From Alphaproteobacteria bacterium (GTDB taxonomy: Bacteria; Pseudomonadota; Alphaproteobacteria; GCA-2731375): a DNA stretch of 64,000 bases. Position 1 is the stretch's first letter, and each line of letters opens with the position of its first letter. A program made the translations under genes and the position numbers. The stretch covers positions 6,348-70,347 of the forward strand of contig JASLMH010000002.1 of NCBI GenBank assembly GCA_030746635.1, written 5' to 3'. The notes under the pieces were generated by a model, which saw only the letters and a list, made by a program, of their open reading frames with translations, searched no databases and had not been told where the DNA came from. This document shows, piece by piece, positions 9,025-18,163 of the stretch.

Positions 9025-9097
9025 CCCTTTGCCGTAGTACTTGCCTGGATCAAGCTAGGGCCATGCCGCTCGGCCCGCAAGGTGGCGCCGGCGGCGG

Positions 9098-11236
9098 CTA
9101 GGCCGCCGCGGCCTGCCATTGCGGTGTTTCGACGAAGCCGCTGTCGACTTCCAGCCGTCGCATGATCTCTTCGATGGTGCCGCGTTCCTCCGGACTGAAG
9201 GTGCCGTCGGCCTCGGCCACGCACATGCACAGCAGGACCAGCAGTTTCGATAGTTCGGGACGCCGCTTCAGCGGGTCCAGCTTGTCCAGATCGACCACCG
9301 CGCCTGCCGCCAGCGGCTCGGCCGGGCGGTCGTCGGCGGCCGCCGATCGGGCCACGATCCTGGCTTGGAGGTCCTGGGCGTATTGGTTGTAGGCGCTGCG
9401 GAACGATTCACCGGTGAAGCGGCCGTAGATGCTCTGGCCGAAACGCTGCCAGAATTCCCCCAGGGCGCGGGTTTCCCGGTCGTCATGGAGTTCGTCGGCA
9501 TAGACCACGTTCGCCGTGGCCACGGTGAAGGCTTGCTCGACCGCCGCGTCGTCGTCGATGCCGCGACACTCGTACCTGATGCGGTCCAGCACTTGCGCGT
9601 CGAGGAACATCGAGCGGATGCGCTCGCTGGAGGTGAGCTGGCGGTTCTTGCGGTACCAGCTCGGGATCAGCGCGCCGACCAGCAGGCCGACGAAGCCGCC
9701 CTTGAGAACGAAAACCCAAGGGTTCCAGCGGCCCCGGAACCCGGCATCCTTGGTGCCGTCGATGATGCCCCCGACGCCCTCCATCCAATAGAAGGCGATG
9801 ACGCTGGCGCAGGACATGACGACACAGGTCAGGATCGCGTCCCAGTAGGCGGGGCGGCGCAGGTCGAGCGTGCCGTGGCTTCTGGTGCGTCCGGTCAGAT
9901 AGGCGATGGTAATGGCCAGCGCCACCGATTGCAGGACATAAGGATACGACCAGGCCAGGTCTCTGCCGACCAGTTGCAGGTTCTCGGCCAGCGGCTTGAA
10001 ATCGACCAGGTTGAGGAAGAACCGCAGCATGAAGGACAGCGACAGCCAGAACACCACCGCACAGGCGCCGGAAATGAAATACTCATGCCAGGGTCGCGAT
10101 GCCTTGCGCCGCTCCGCCGTCGAAGAGCCGAACCAGTTTGGCAGCAGCGCGGCGACCACCGCCGAAGCGTATATGCTGGCCATCAGCACCGCGACGAAGA
10201 ACACCGGGTTCAGGTGCAATTCGCCCTGCTTGGTGCTCATCAGGTTCTTGACGGCGGATTCGCCGATCGCCAACACGACGAAAACCACCACGATGCACCA
10301 GAACAGCAACAGCAGTTGCCCGGTGGTCAGTACGCCGCGGCCGACGCTGCCGTCGCCGAAGCCAAGCGAATGCAACTGTTCCCGTCGGGCCGCTTCGGTC
10401 TTCTCGGCGTACAGCACGGCTCGGGCGATCAGGTTCGTGCTGTCGCGGATCAGGACCTCGTTGAAGGACTGGAATATCCGCTTCTTCTCGTCCAACAGCT
10501 GGTTCTCGTATTCCGACACCTCGTCCTTTTCGGCCAGTTCGCCCTTGAGCTGGAAGAAGGATTTCGCCAGTTCGGTGACCTTGTCGAACTGGGCCTGAGC
10601 CGAGAGGAAGGCCTCGTTGTTCTCCTTGGCGAATTCGATATAGGCCTTGCGCGAGCTTTCCCGCCAGCCCTGCAACAGGCTGCAAAGCGCGGCGGCGACC
10701 GGCCAGCCGTAGGCGGGGCTGTCCTCGGTGTCGAAGCTCAACACATCCTCGTCGATGCCACGTTGCCTTGCCGCCGCATGCACGTTGGTGGCGTTGGCGT
10801 TGTTGAACTCGAACGGCACCCAGGCCATCTGCACCGCCAGTTCGTTTGCCTCCGCTGGAATCTTGCCCAGGCTCCAGATCCGAGCACGCAGGCCGGTGTC
10901 GGCCTTTTCCAGGCCTGGGATGGAGAGCAGCAGCACCGTCAGGCCCAGGGCGACCAGGATCGGCACCGCCAGGCCCTGATCCAGGGTCGTCTTGATCTCT
11001 TCCGGGATGGTGATGCCGAAAATCGGCAGCAGCTTCAGGATCTGCGTCACGATCCCGGGGAAGCTCACCAGCAGCATGCCAACGGTGAAGTAGAAGACGA
11101 GCAGGACGCCGACATAGAGCGCCAGCGCGCGGTAGTATTGAAAACAGGTCGTGGAACTCCGGTGCGATTTCGGCGTGCGGTACCTGGAATAGCCATGTGC
11201 GGCGACGAAAGCCGCGCCTAGAACCCATTCAGACAT
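9098..11236 (-). CDS. Multi-pass membrane protein with C-terminal TerB-like domain
   Basis: Several hydrophobic helices; C-terminal VVYADELHDDRE and CVAEADGTFSPEERGTIEEIMRRL resemble the two TerB A-D-G-x-x-x-x-x-E repeats; GGGAGG RBS before the ATG at 11236. Confidence 0.65.
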   Translation of the reverse strand: MSEWVLGAAFVAAHGYSRYRTPKSHRSSTTCFQYYRALALYVGVLLVFYFTVGMLLVSFPGIVTQILKLLPIFGITIPEEIKTTLDQGLAVPILVALGLTVLLLSIPGLEKADTGLRARIWSLGKIPAEANELAVQMAWVPFEFNNANATNVHAAARQRGIDEDVLSFDTEDSPAYGWPVAAALCSLLQGWRESSRKAYIEFAKENNEAFLSAQAQFDKVTELAKSFFQLKGELAEKDEVSEYENQLLDEKKRIFQSFNEVLIRDSTNLIARAVLYAEKTEAARREQLHSLGFGDGSVGRGVLTTGQLLLLFWCIVVVFVVLAIGESAVKNLMSTKQGELHLNPVFFVAVLMASIYASAVVAALLPNWFGSSTAERRKASRPWHEYFISGACAVVFWLSLSFMLRFFLNLVDFKPLAENLQLVGRDLAWSYPYVLQSVALAITIAYLTGRTRSHGTLDLRRPAYWDAILTCVVMSCASVIAFYWMEGVGGIIDGTKDAGFRGRWNPWVFVLKGGFVGLLVGALIPSWYRKNRQLTSSERIRSMFLDAQVLDRIRYECRGIDDDAAVEQAFTVATANVVYADELHDDRETRALGEFWQRFGQSIYGRFTGESFRSAYNQYAQDLQARIVARSAAADDRPAEPLAAGAVVDLDKLDPLKRRPELSKLLVLLCMCVAEADGTFSPEERGTIEEIMRRLEVDSGFVETPQWQAAAA

Positions 11237-11641
11237 CGGCAACCCTCCCCATCTCGCAGGCACCCCCGCCTGCCTTCGGGCGGCGTGCCTACGACGCCGC
11301 GCCGGTCATTCCGATAGTCCGGGACCCCTGGGTCCCGCCAAGCCGCTGGCCATCGGCCACACGATCACTGCTTGGACCAACTATTGGACCGCCGGTCTGG
11401 CCGACCGGCGGCGATTGTCGATGGTTCGAGCGATAGGCTCATTCGGTCCGATAATCCGAGGAGCTGCCCCAATTTTGGCTCATGAACCGACGCCCTCACA
11501 CCGACTCCTCAAACTAGACGCGATTCTAGCCCAAGATGGCGCCGCGAGGAAGGTTGGGGCGGTTTTCTCGCCGTATGGTAGCGGCCGCGGCCTCGATGGC
11601 GCACCAGCGGCCGGGGATTTTCCAGCCGCCGCCGACGGGGC

Positions 11642-12433
11642 TCAGCGCGGCCAGGTGCGCAACGCGCACAGGCCGCCGTCCACCGGCAGAAACACGCCGG
11701 TGACCCAGCGGGCCTCGTCGCTGGCCAGGTAGACCGCCGCCCAGCCGATGTCCCAGCCGGTGCCCTCGGTCTGCATGGGCACCATCTGGCGGCGGCGTTC
11801 GCGCGCCTCCTCACCCAGGCGGGCGACCATCGGCGTGTTGACCGAGCCGATGATGATGCAGTTGCAGCGGATACCCTCGGTGGCGTAGTCGGCGGCGATC
11901 GACAGGGTCAGGCCATGCACTCCCGATTTGGTGGCGGCATAGGCGGCGGCGCCCTCGCTGCTGATCAGGCCCAGGGCGCCGGCGATCGAGGAGACGTTGA
12001 TGATCGAACCGCCGCCGCCGCTCTCTCGCATCAGGGGCACGGCGGCGCGGCTGCACAACATGGCCGAGGTCATGTTGACGTGCAGCAGGTTGTGCCAGTC
12101 CTCGTCCGAGACCTCCTCGACCCGGCCCGGGGCGGCGCCGACCCCGACGTTGTTGGCCAGCACGTCCAGGCGGCCGTAGCGCTCTTGTACCGCCTCGGCC
12201 ATGGCCGCGACCTGATCGGCCTGGGTGACGTCGGCGGCGAACACCGAGGCCTCGCCGCCTTCCCCGGCGATCTCCCGCCGCAATTCCTCGGCCCGCTCCG
12301 CCGAGCGATTGACCAACAGGACCTTGGCCCCCTCACGGGCGAACAGCATGGCCATGGCCTTGCCGTTGCCCACGCCTTGGCCGCGCGGCGCGGCCCCCGT
12401 GACGATCGCCACCTTGCCGTCCAGGCGTCCCAT
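11642..12433 (-). CDS. Short-chain dehydrogenase/reductase
   Basis: KVAIVTGAA…GNG, NNVG, NVSS, YAATK, PVDGG. Confidence 0.93.
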   Translation of the reverse strand: MGRLDGKVAIVTGAAPRGQGVGNGKAMAMLFAREGAKVLLVNRSAERAEELRREIAGEGGEASVFAADVTQADQVAAMAEAVQERYGRLDVLANNVGVGAAPGRVEEVSDEDWHNLLHVNMTSAMLCSRAAVPLMRESGGGGSIINVSSIAGALGLISSEGAAAYAATKSGVHGLTLSIAADYATEGIRCNCIIIGSVNTPMVARLGEEARERRRQMVPMQTEGTGWDIGWAAVYLASDEARWVTGVFLPVDGGLCALRTWPR

Positions 12434-12459
12434 GCCGTGATCTCCTTGCTTGTTCCGGT

Positions 12460-13095
12460 TCAGCCGAGCGGCGAAAACGGCGCCGGCAGCAGCACCATCG
12501 AGTTCATCTCTTCCAGCATGCCGCCGGCCTGACCCAGGAAGGCCTGCCAGTCGGGGTCCTGCATGGCAGCGCCGCGGGCCTCGGCCCGGGCGTCCAGGCT
12601 CTGGTAGGCCCAGAGGTGCGAGACTTCGTTCGGCTCGCCCGCCTCGGTCAGCCAGAGGCAGACGTTCTTGGAGTATTTTTCCCGCGCCGGCATCGCCTCG
12701 GATATCGCGGCGACGAAGTTCGGTCCTTCGCCGACCCGGGCCTGGTAGTGGCGGTACTCATAGACATTGCCGCTTTCGGCCGGCGGCGTCAGTGGGCGTT
12801 GCGGATGCATCAGGCGGATCCGCTGATGGCGGATCAGCGATCGGACAAGGGGCACGAAGCCTTCGATCCAATCCTTGTTCTGGGCCAGCCGGGCGCGGGA
12901 TTCCTGGCGGGTGTTCAGATCCTCGTGCGACCAGAGGTGCACGACCTGGTTCAACGGGCCGAATTCCGAGACCCAGAAGCCTTCCATCCTGCCGTAGTCG
13001 TTGCCGCGGATCGGGATGCCCTTTTCCGCCACCGCTTTCAGGAATTCCGGCGCCTTGCCGGGCCACATGGTGTAGGTCCTCATCTCGTGGATCAT
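12460..13095 (-). CDS. NIPSNAP-family protein (two domains)
   Basis: Two repeats: IHEMRTY…GPLNQVVHLW and VYEYRHY…NEVSHLWAY; ends LLPAPFSPL. Confidence 0.88.
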   Translation of the reverse strand: MIHEMRTYTMWPGKAPEFLKAVAEKGIPIRGNDYGRMEGFWVSEFGPLNQVVHLWSHEDLNTRQESRARLAQNKDWIEGFVPLVRSLIRHQRIRLMHPQRPLTPPAESGNVYEYRHYQARVGEGPNFVAAISEAMPAREKYSKNVCLWLTEAGEPNEVSHLWAYQSLDARAEARGAAMQDPDWQAFLGQAGGMLEEMNSMVLLPAPFSPLG

Positions 13096-13132
13096 CGGGG
13101 ATGTCTCCTCTGTTGACGGTCCTTGCGCCACC

Positions 13133-14260
13133 TTACCGAATGAAGGGCAGCTCGGTCACTTCCGCCCGGCGCTCGCCGGCCGGCGTGGTCACCTGGACCT
13201 GGTTGCCGATTTGCGCGATTTCGCTCTTCAAGAGAGCCATGGCGATGTTGCGGTGCAGGCGCGGCGAATGCACCGCGCTGCTGACCTGGCCGACCGCAGC
13301 GCCGGCCTGGTGCACCGGCCATTTGCCGGCGCTGTTCGGCAACGGCTCACCATCGATGAACAGGCCGACCAGCCGGCGCGGCGGTCCGCTGTCGCGCATG
13401 TGCCGCAAATTCTCCATGCCGATATATTCGCCCGGCTTGTCCAGATCGCAGAAGCGTTCCAAGCCGATCTCCAAGGGACTGACGTCGGCATCCATATCGC
13501 CGCCGTGAGAGAGCAGGGCGCTTTCCGTACGTTCGATCTGATTGGGCGTGCCGGGGCCGATGCCATGGGGCGCCCCGGCCGCCATCACCAGATCCCATAG
13601 CCGGCCGCCCTGGGCACCGTCGGTGAGATACAATTCGTACCCGCCCTGTTTGCTCCAGCCCGAGCGGGCCAGCACCAGGGGGATGCCCTGCAACTCCGTT
13701 TCACGGAACCAGAAATAGCGTAATTCCCGCACCCAGTCGCCGAACAGCTCGGCGATCACGTCCTCCGCCTTGGGGCCTTGCACCGCCAGGGGCGAGGCAT
13801 CCGGCTCGGTGACCAGGACGTACATATTGCGTTCCTTGGCGATGGCGTCGACCCAGAGCAGCAGATCGCCGTCGGCCAGGGACAGCCAAATTTGGTCTTC
13901 CGCCAGCCGCAACAGCACCGGGTCGTTCAGCATGCCGCCGAAATGGTTGCAGATCGGCACGTACAGGCCCTGGCCGACGATGCAGTCCGACAGATCCCGC
14001 GGCGTCAGCAATTGCGCCAGGTTCAGGGCGTCCGGACCGAACAATTCGACCTGCCGCTGGCAGGCAACGTCCCAAAGGCTGACATCGTTGATCAGCCGCC
14101 AATACTCCCCCTCCGCATCGCCGTAGGAGGTCGGCATGTACATGTGGTTATAGATGGTGAAGGCGGTACAGCCGGCCGCCACCGTACGGTCGAAGAAGGG
14201 CGAGGGACGCACCCGGGCGCCAAAGGTGATGTCGGCACGATAGTCCAGCGGCAGCTTCAT
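13133..14260 (-). CDS. GcvT-family aminomethyltransferase, DmdA (DMSP demethylase)-like
   Basis: YNHM, WDVACQRQV, GGMLNDPV, WLSLADGDLL, SPLAVQGP, ARSGWSKQGG(Y)E, PN-x-IER; these match DmdA-clade motifs as I remember them. Confidence 0.8.
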   Translation of the reverse strand: MKLPLDYRADITFGARVRPSPFFDRTVAAGCTAFTIYNHMYMPTSYGDAEGEYWRLINDVSLWDVACQRQVELFGPDALNLAQLLTPRDLSDCIVGQGLYVPICNHFGGMLNDPVLLRLAEDQIWLSLADGDLLLWVDAIAKERNMYVLVTEPDASPLAVQGPKAEDVIAELFGDWVRELRYFWFRETELQGIPLVLARSGWSKQGGYELYLTDGAQGGRLWDLVMAAGAPHGIGPGTPNQIERTESALLSHGGDMDADVSPLEIGLERFCDLDKPGEYIGMENLRHMRDSGPPRRLVGLFIDGEPLPNSAGKWPVHQAGAAVGQVSSAVHSPRLHRNIAMALLKSEIAQIGNQVQVTTPAGERRAEVTELPFIR

Positions 14261-14389
14261 GATCGCCCCCGTTTGCCTCTGGCGGAGCGACCAAGACGAC
14301 GCCGCCGGCGAGATTATCGCCGACGATGTTAGTCCGCCCCGGCAGGCAAGAAAATCGTTTGCTTTGCCGGGATGATCACCAAGGTCCGG

Positions 14390-14782
14390 TTAGCTGGCGG
14401 TCAGGAAAACCGAGCCGACCATCAACAAGCCGATCAACCCGATGGCCCAGACTCCGGTGCGCAGCCACGGGATGCCGATCAGGTAGACCACGGCATAGAC
14501 CAAACGGGCGATCACGAAGATCTGCGCCCCCAACGCGCTAGTCGCGTTCGACAACCCGGCCAGGTGGGCCGCGATCACCAGGGCCGCGAACAGCACCAGG
14601 CTTTCCAGCATGTTGCGGTGGGCCCGCAGGCCACGGTCGGCCATGCCCTCGTAGGTGACGCCCTCGCGATTGCCCGCCAACGCCGCCATGCCAACCTGCG
14701 GTATGGCCAGGGTCACGGCCACCACCATCTGGACCAGTGTCAGGACAACGGCCCAGAACAGCATCCATAGTTCCACGGTCAT
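14390..14782 (-). CDS. MAPEG-family membrane protein
   Basis: Four hydrophobic helices; RAHRNMLESL and ARLVYAVVY…LRT motifs. Confidence 0.85.
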   Translation of the reverse strand: MTVELWMLFWAVVLTLVQMVVAVTLAIPQVGMAALAGNREGVTYEGMADRGLRAHRNMLESLVLFAALVIAAHLAGLSNATSALGAQIFVIARLVYAVVYLIGIPWLRTGVWAIGLIGLLMVGSVFLTAS

Positions 14783-14894
14783 GATGTCTACCCCATGCGG
14801 CCGGGACCGCCCGGGGATCTTCCTAGGCGAATCCCAATGTCATTCAACATAACACAGGCGCTGGCGGCGACGGCCGCCTGCACGCGAACGGGCG

Positions 14895-15308
14895 TCAGGC
14901 GGGACGGATCACCGGCAGGGTCAGATCGTCCGTGGCGTCCTCGAAATCCACCCGCACCGGCAGGCCGATACGCAGCCCTTCGGGGTCCAGGTCGCGGGCC
15001 TGGGCGCACATCCGCACGCCCTCGTCCAGGTCGACGATGACCAGCACCAGCGGCAGGTCCCCCTTGAAGCCGGGGTGGAAGGCGTGGTGCGAGATGGTCC
15101 AGCTATGCACCTGGCCCTTGCCGCTGGCCTCCATCCATTCGGTGTCCATGGAGAAACAGGCATCGCAGACCGGGCGCGGGTAGTGCCTGACCTTGCCGCA
15201 GGCGCCGCATTTCTGCAGCACCAGTCGGTGTTCCTTCATGGCCTCCCAGAACGGCCGGCTTTCCTCGTTCGGCGGGGGTAGCGGCTTGTCGTAAGTGGCG
15301 GCCGTCAT
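14895..15308 (-). CDS. DUF35-type Zn-ribbon/OB-fold protein
   Basis: PFWEA, QKCGACG…PRPVCDAC, SGKGQVHSWT, VDLDEGVR. Confidence 0.9.
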   Translation of the reverse strand: MTAATYDKPLPPPNEESRPFWEAMKEHRLVLQKCGACGKVRHYPRPVCDACFSMDTEWMEASGKGQVHSWTISHHAFHPGFKGDLPLVLVIVDLDEGVRMCAQARDLDPEGLRIGLPVRVDFEDATDDLTLPVIRPA

Positions 15309-15312
15309 GGTC

Positions 15313-16470
15313 CTAGTTCCTCATGATGGCGATGGAACCGTCGCCCAGGTCGCCGTAGCCGGTGACCAGGCCGATCTCGGCATCCGCCACCTGGGCCTTG
15401 CCGCCGTCGCCGCGCAACTGTTTGACCAGTTCGCAGACGTGGTTCATGCCGATGATGTGCGATTGCGAGAGCAGGCCGCCATGGGTGTTGATGGGCAGTT
15501 CGCCGCCCAGGGCGATGCGGCCGCCGGATACGAAATCGCCGCCCTCGCCCTTCTGGCAGAAGCCCAGATCCTCCAACTGGCACAGCACCGTGTAGGTGAA
15601 GCAGTCATAGACCTCGGCGACGTCGATGGCCTCGTGGCCGATGCCGGCCATGGCGAAGGCCCGGGGCGCCGCCTTGGCCAGGCCAATCTTGGTCAGGTCC
15701 GGCCGCTGGCTGATGGCGGAGGGCGAGTCGGGATGGCCCTCGGCCACGCCCATGATGTAGATCGGCCGCCGCGCCAGGTCCTTGGCCCTCTCGGCGCCGC
15801 TGATGATCACGGCGGCGGCGCCGTCGCTTTCCAGGCAGCAATCGAACAGCCGCAGCGGGTCCGAGATCATCCGCGAGTTCTGGTGGTCCTCGACGGTCAG
15901 CGGCTTCTTCATCACCGCGTTGTCGTTCAGCATGGCGTGGTTGCGCATGGTCACGGCGATCTCGGCGAATTGCCGCGAGGTGGTGCCGTACAATTCCATG
16001 TGCCGGCGGGCCATCGGCGCGTAAAGCTGCGCCGGGGCGATGTTGCCGCTGGGCATCTCGTATTCGCCGAAGACCCGGAACTGGGGAATTGCCTGGGCCC
16101 GGCCGCCGATGCGCGGGCCGGAATAGCCGTTGCGGCCGATCGGGATCAGCACGTGGTTGGCGGCGCCGGCGACGATCGCCGATGTCGCGGCCTGGATGGC
16201 GGCCACGGCGCTGGCGCCGCCCAGGGGCGTGACGGCGGAAAACCGCAAATCCTCGATGCCCAGGTTGGTGATGAATTCCTCCGCCACCATCTCCATGTTG
16301 CCATAGGGTATGACGCCGTCGATGTCGCCGGGTTGCAGCCCGGCATCGGCGATCGCCCTCAACGCGGCTTCCATCTGCAAGGCGGCGACGCTCCTGCCCG
16401 AGCCGCGGGTATATTCGGTTTCGCCGACGCCGGTGACGCAGCAGCTTTCCCGAAGACCGGTCATCATCAA
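15313..16470 (-). CDS. SCP2/Ltp2-type thiolase-family protein
   Basis: GVGET, DCCLESDGAAA, AEVYDCFT, INTHGGLLSQSH; lies directly upstream of the DUF35 gene. Confidence 0.9.
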   Translation of the reverse strand: MMMTGLRESCCVTGVGETEYTRGSGRSVAALQMEAALRAIADAGLQPGDIDGVIPYGNMEMVAEEFITNLGIEDLRFSAVTPLGGASAVAAIQAATSAIVAGAANHVLIPIGRNGYSGPRIGGRAQAIPQFRVFGEYEMPSGNIAPAQLYAPMARRHMELYGTTSRQFAEIAVTMRNHAMLNDNAVMKKPLTVEDHQNSRMISDPLRLFDCCLESDGAAAVIISGAERAKDLARRPIYIMGVAEGHPDSPSAISQRPDLTKIGLAKAAPRAFAMAGIGHEAIDVAEVYDCFTYTVLCQLEDLGFCQKGEGGDFVSGGRIALGGELPINTHGGLLSQSHIIGMNHVCELVKQLRGDGGKAQVADAEIGLVTGYGDLGDGSIAIMRN

Positions 16471-16803
16471 CTCTCCACGTTCGATCTCGTTTCCGCCGGC
16501 GATTATCCGGCAACCGCGAAGGCCATGCCAGCCCCGTGAACTGGATTTTTCGGCCGCCGGGCGTTATAAGGGCGCCGGCGCCGCTTGGGCGACCCTGAAA
16601 GGACGATCATCGTGATCCTGCGCGAAGATATTCTGCGCGAACGAATTACCCAGCCGCCGGGCGGCTGTCCCGGCCGGGAAGGCGACGCCGCCGCCGTTGC
16701 CGCCCGATGTTGCGCCTGATCCGGACCTGGCGTTAAGGGCGTATCGCCGCCGAAGGGCGGTATCACAAGCGAAAATCCAAAATCATTGACGGGACGAATC
16801 CCG

Positions 16804-18159
16804 ATGTCCGCACTGCAAATCCACAATACCGCCAATCGGCGCAAGGAAAGCTTCGAACCGCTGCAACCCGACCATGTGCGCCTCTATGTCTGCGGCCCGA
16901 CGGTCTATGACCACCCGCACGTGGGCAATGCCCGGCCGGTGGTGGTGTTCGACAGCTTCGTGCGGCTGCTGCGCCGGCTGTATCCGAAGGTCACCTACGT
17001 CCGCAACATCACCGATATCGAGGACAAGATCATCGACCGGGCGGCGGCCCGCGGCATCTCCATCGCCGAAGTGACGGCGGAGACCATCAAGGCCTTCCAC
17101 GATGACGTGGCGGCCCTGAATGCCCTGTCCCCCGATCACGAACCGCGAGCCACCGATTACGTCACCGGCATGATCGCCATGACGGAAACCCTGCTCGCCA
17201 AGGGCAATGCCTACGAGGCCGAGGGCCATGTGCTGTTCGATACCGCCTCGATGGCCGATTACGGCGCCTTCGCCCGGCGCAGCAGCGACGAGTTGATCGC
17301 CGGCGCCCGGGTCGAGGTGGCGCCATACAAGCGCAACCCCACCGACTTCGTACTCTGGAAGCCATCGGATGAGAGCCAGCCCGGCTGGGACAGCCCCTGG
17401 GGCAAGGGCCGGCCCGGCTGGCACCTGGAATGCTCGGTGATGTCCGAGGCTCTGCTGGGCGAGACCTTCGACATCCACGGCGGTGGCGTCGATCTGGTGT
17501 TCCCCCATCACCAGAACGAGATCGCCCAAAGCACCTGCGCCCATGATGGCGCCTTGTTCGCCAAGTATTGGATGCACAACGGCCACGTCACCGTCGGCGG
17601 CGAGAAGATGTCGAAGTCCCTGGGCAATTTCCTCACCGTGCACGAATTGCTGAAGGAACAGCCGGGCGAGGCGATCCGCCTCTCCCTGCTGTCGGCGCAC
17701 TATCGCCAGCCCCTCGACTTCACCCGCGAAGCCGTGGGGGAGGCCCGGCGCATCCTGGATCGCTGGTACCGGGCGGCGGGCAAGGTTCCGGCCGCCGACG
17801 AACTGCCCGAGGCGGTGCTGGCCGCCCTGTGCGACGATATGAACACGCCCAGGGCAATCACCGAGATGCACCGGCTGGCCGATGCGGCGATGGCGGGCGA
17901 CGGACGGGCGGCGGCCGAATTGCGCAGCAGCGGCGAGATGCTGGGCGTGCTGTGCCAGGATGCCGGCCTATGGTTCCAGGGCGACGAAGACGCCGACGGT
18001 CCGTCCGCCGACGAGATCGAGCAATTGATCGCCCGCCGCGCCGCGGCGCGACGGCAAAAGGATTTCGCCACCTCGGACCGGATCAGGGACGAACTGGCGG
18101 ATCAGGGCATCGTGTTGGAAGACGCCGCCGGCGGCACCACCTGGCGACGGGGGGGATGA
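16804..18159 (+). CDS. cysS: Cysteine--tRNA ligase
   Basis: YVCGPTVYD, HVGNAR, DFVLWK, GRPGWHLECS, DIHGGGVDLVFPHH, KMSKSLGN. Confidence 0.97.
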   Translation: MSALQIHNTANRRKESFEPLQPDHVRLYVCGPTVYDHPHVGNARPVVVFDSFVRLLRRLYPKVTYVRNITDIEDKIIDRAAARGISIAEVTAETIKAFHDDVAALNALSPDHEPRATDYVTGMIAMTETLLAKGNAYEAEGHVLFDTASMADYGAFARRSSDELIAGARVEVAPYKRNPTDFVLWKPSDESQPGWDSPWGKGRPGWHLECSVMSEALLGETFDIHGGGVDLVFPHHQNEIAQSTCAHDGALFAKYWMHNGHVTVGGEKMSKSLGNFLTVHELLKEQPGEAIRLSLLSAHYRQPLDFTREAVGEARRILDRWYRAAGKVPAADELPEAVLAALCDDMNTPRAITEMHRLADAAMAGDGRAAAELRSSGEMLGVLCQDAGLWFQGDEDADGPSADEIEQLIARRAAARRQKDFATSDRIRDELADQGIVLEDAAGGTTWRRGG

Positions 18160-18163
18160 TCCG

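Noticed and set aside
11376..11483. Two tiny minus-strand ORFs (MSQNWGSSSDYRTE; MSLSLEPSTI…) upstream of the TerB-like gene
   Set aside because: Too short, with no recognisable motif or codon signal; cannot be told apart from chance.
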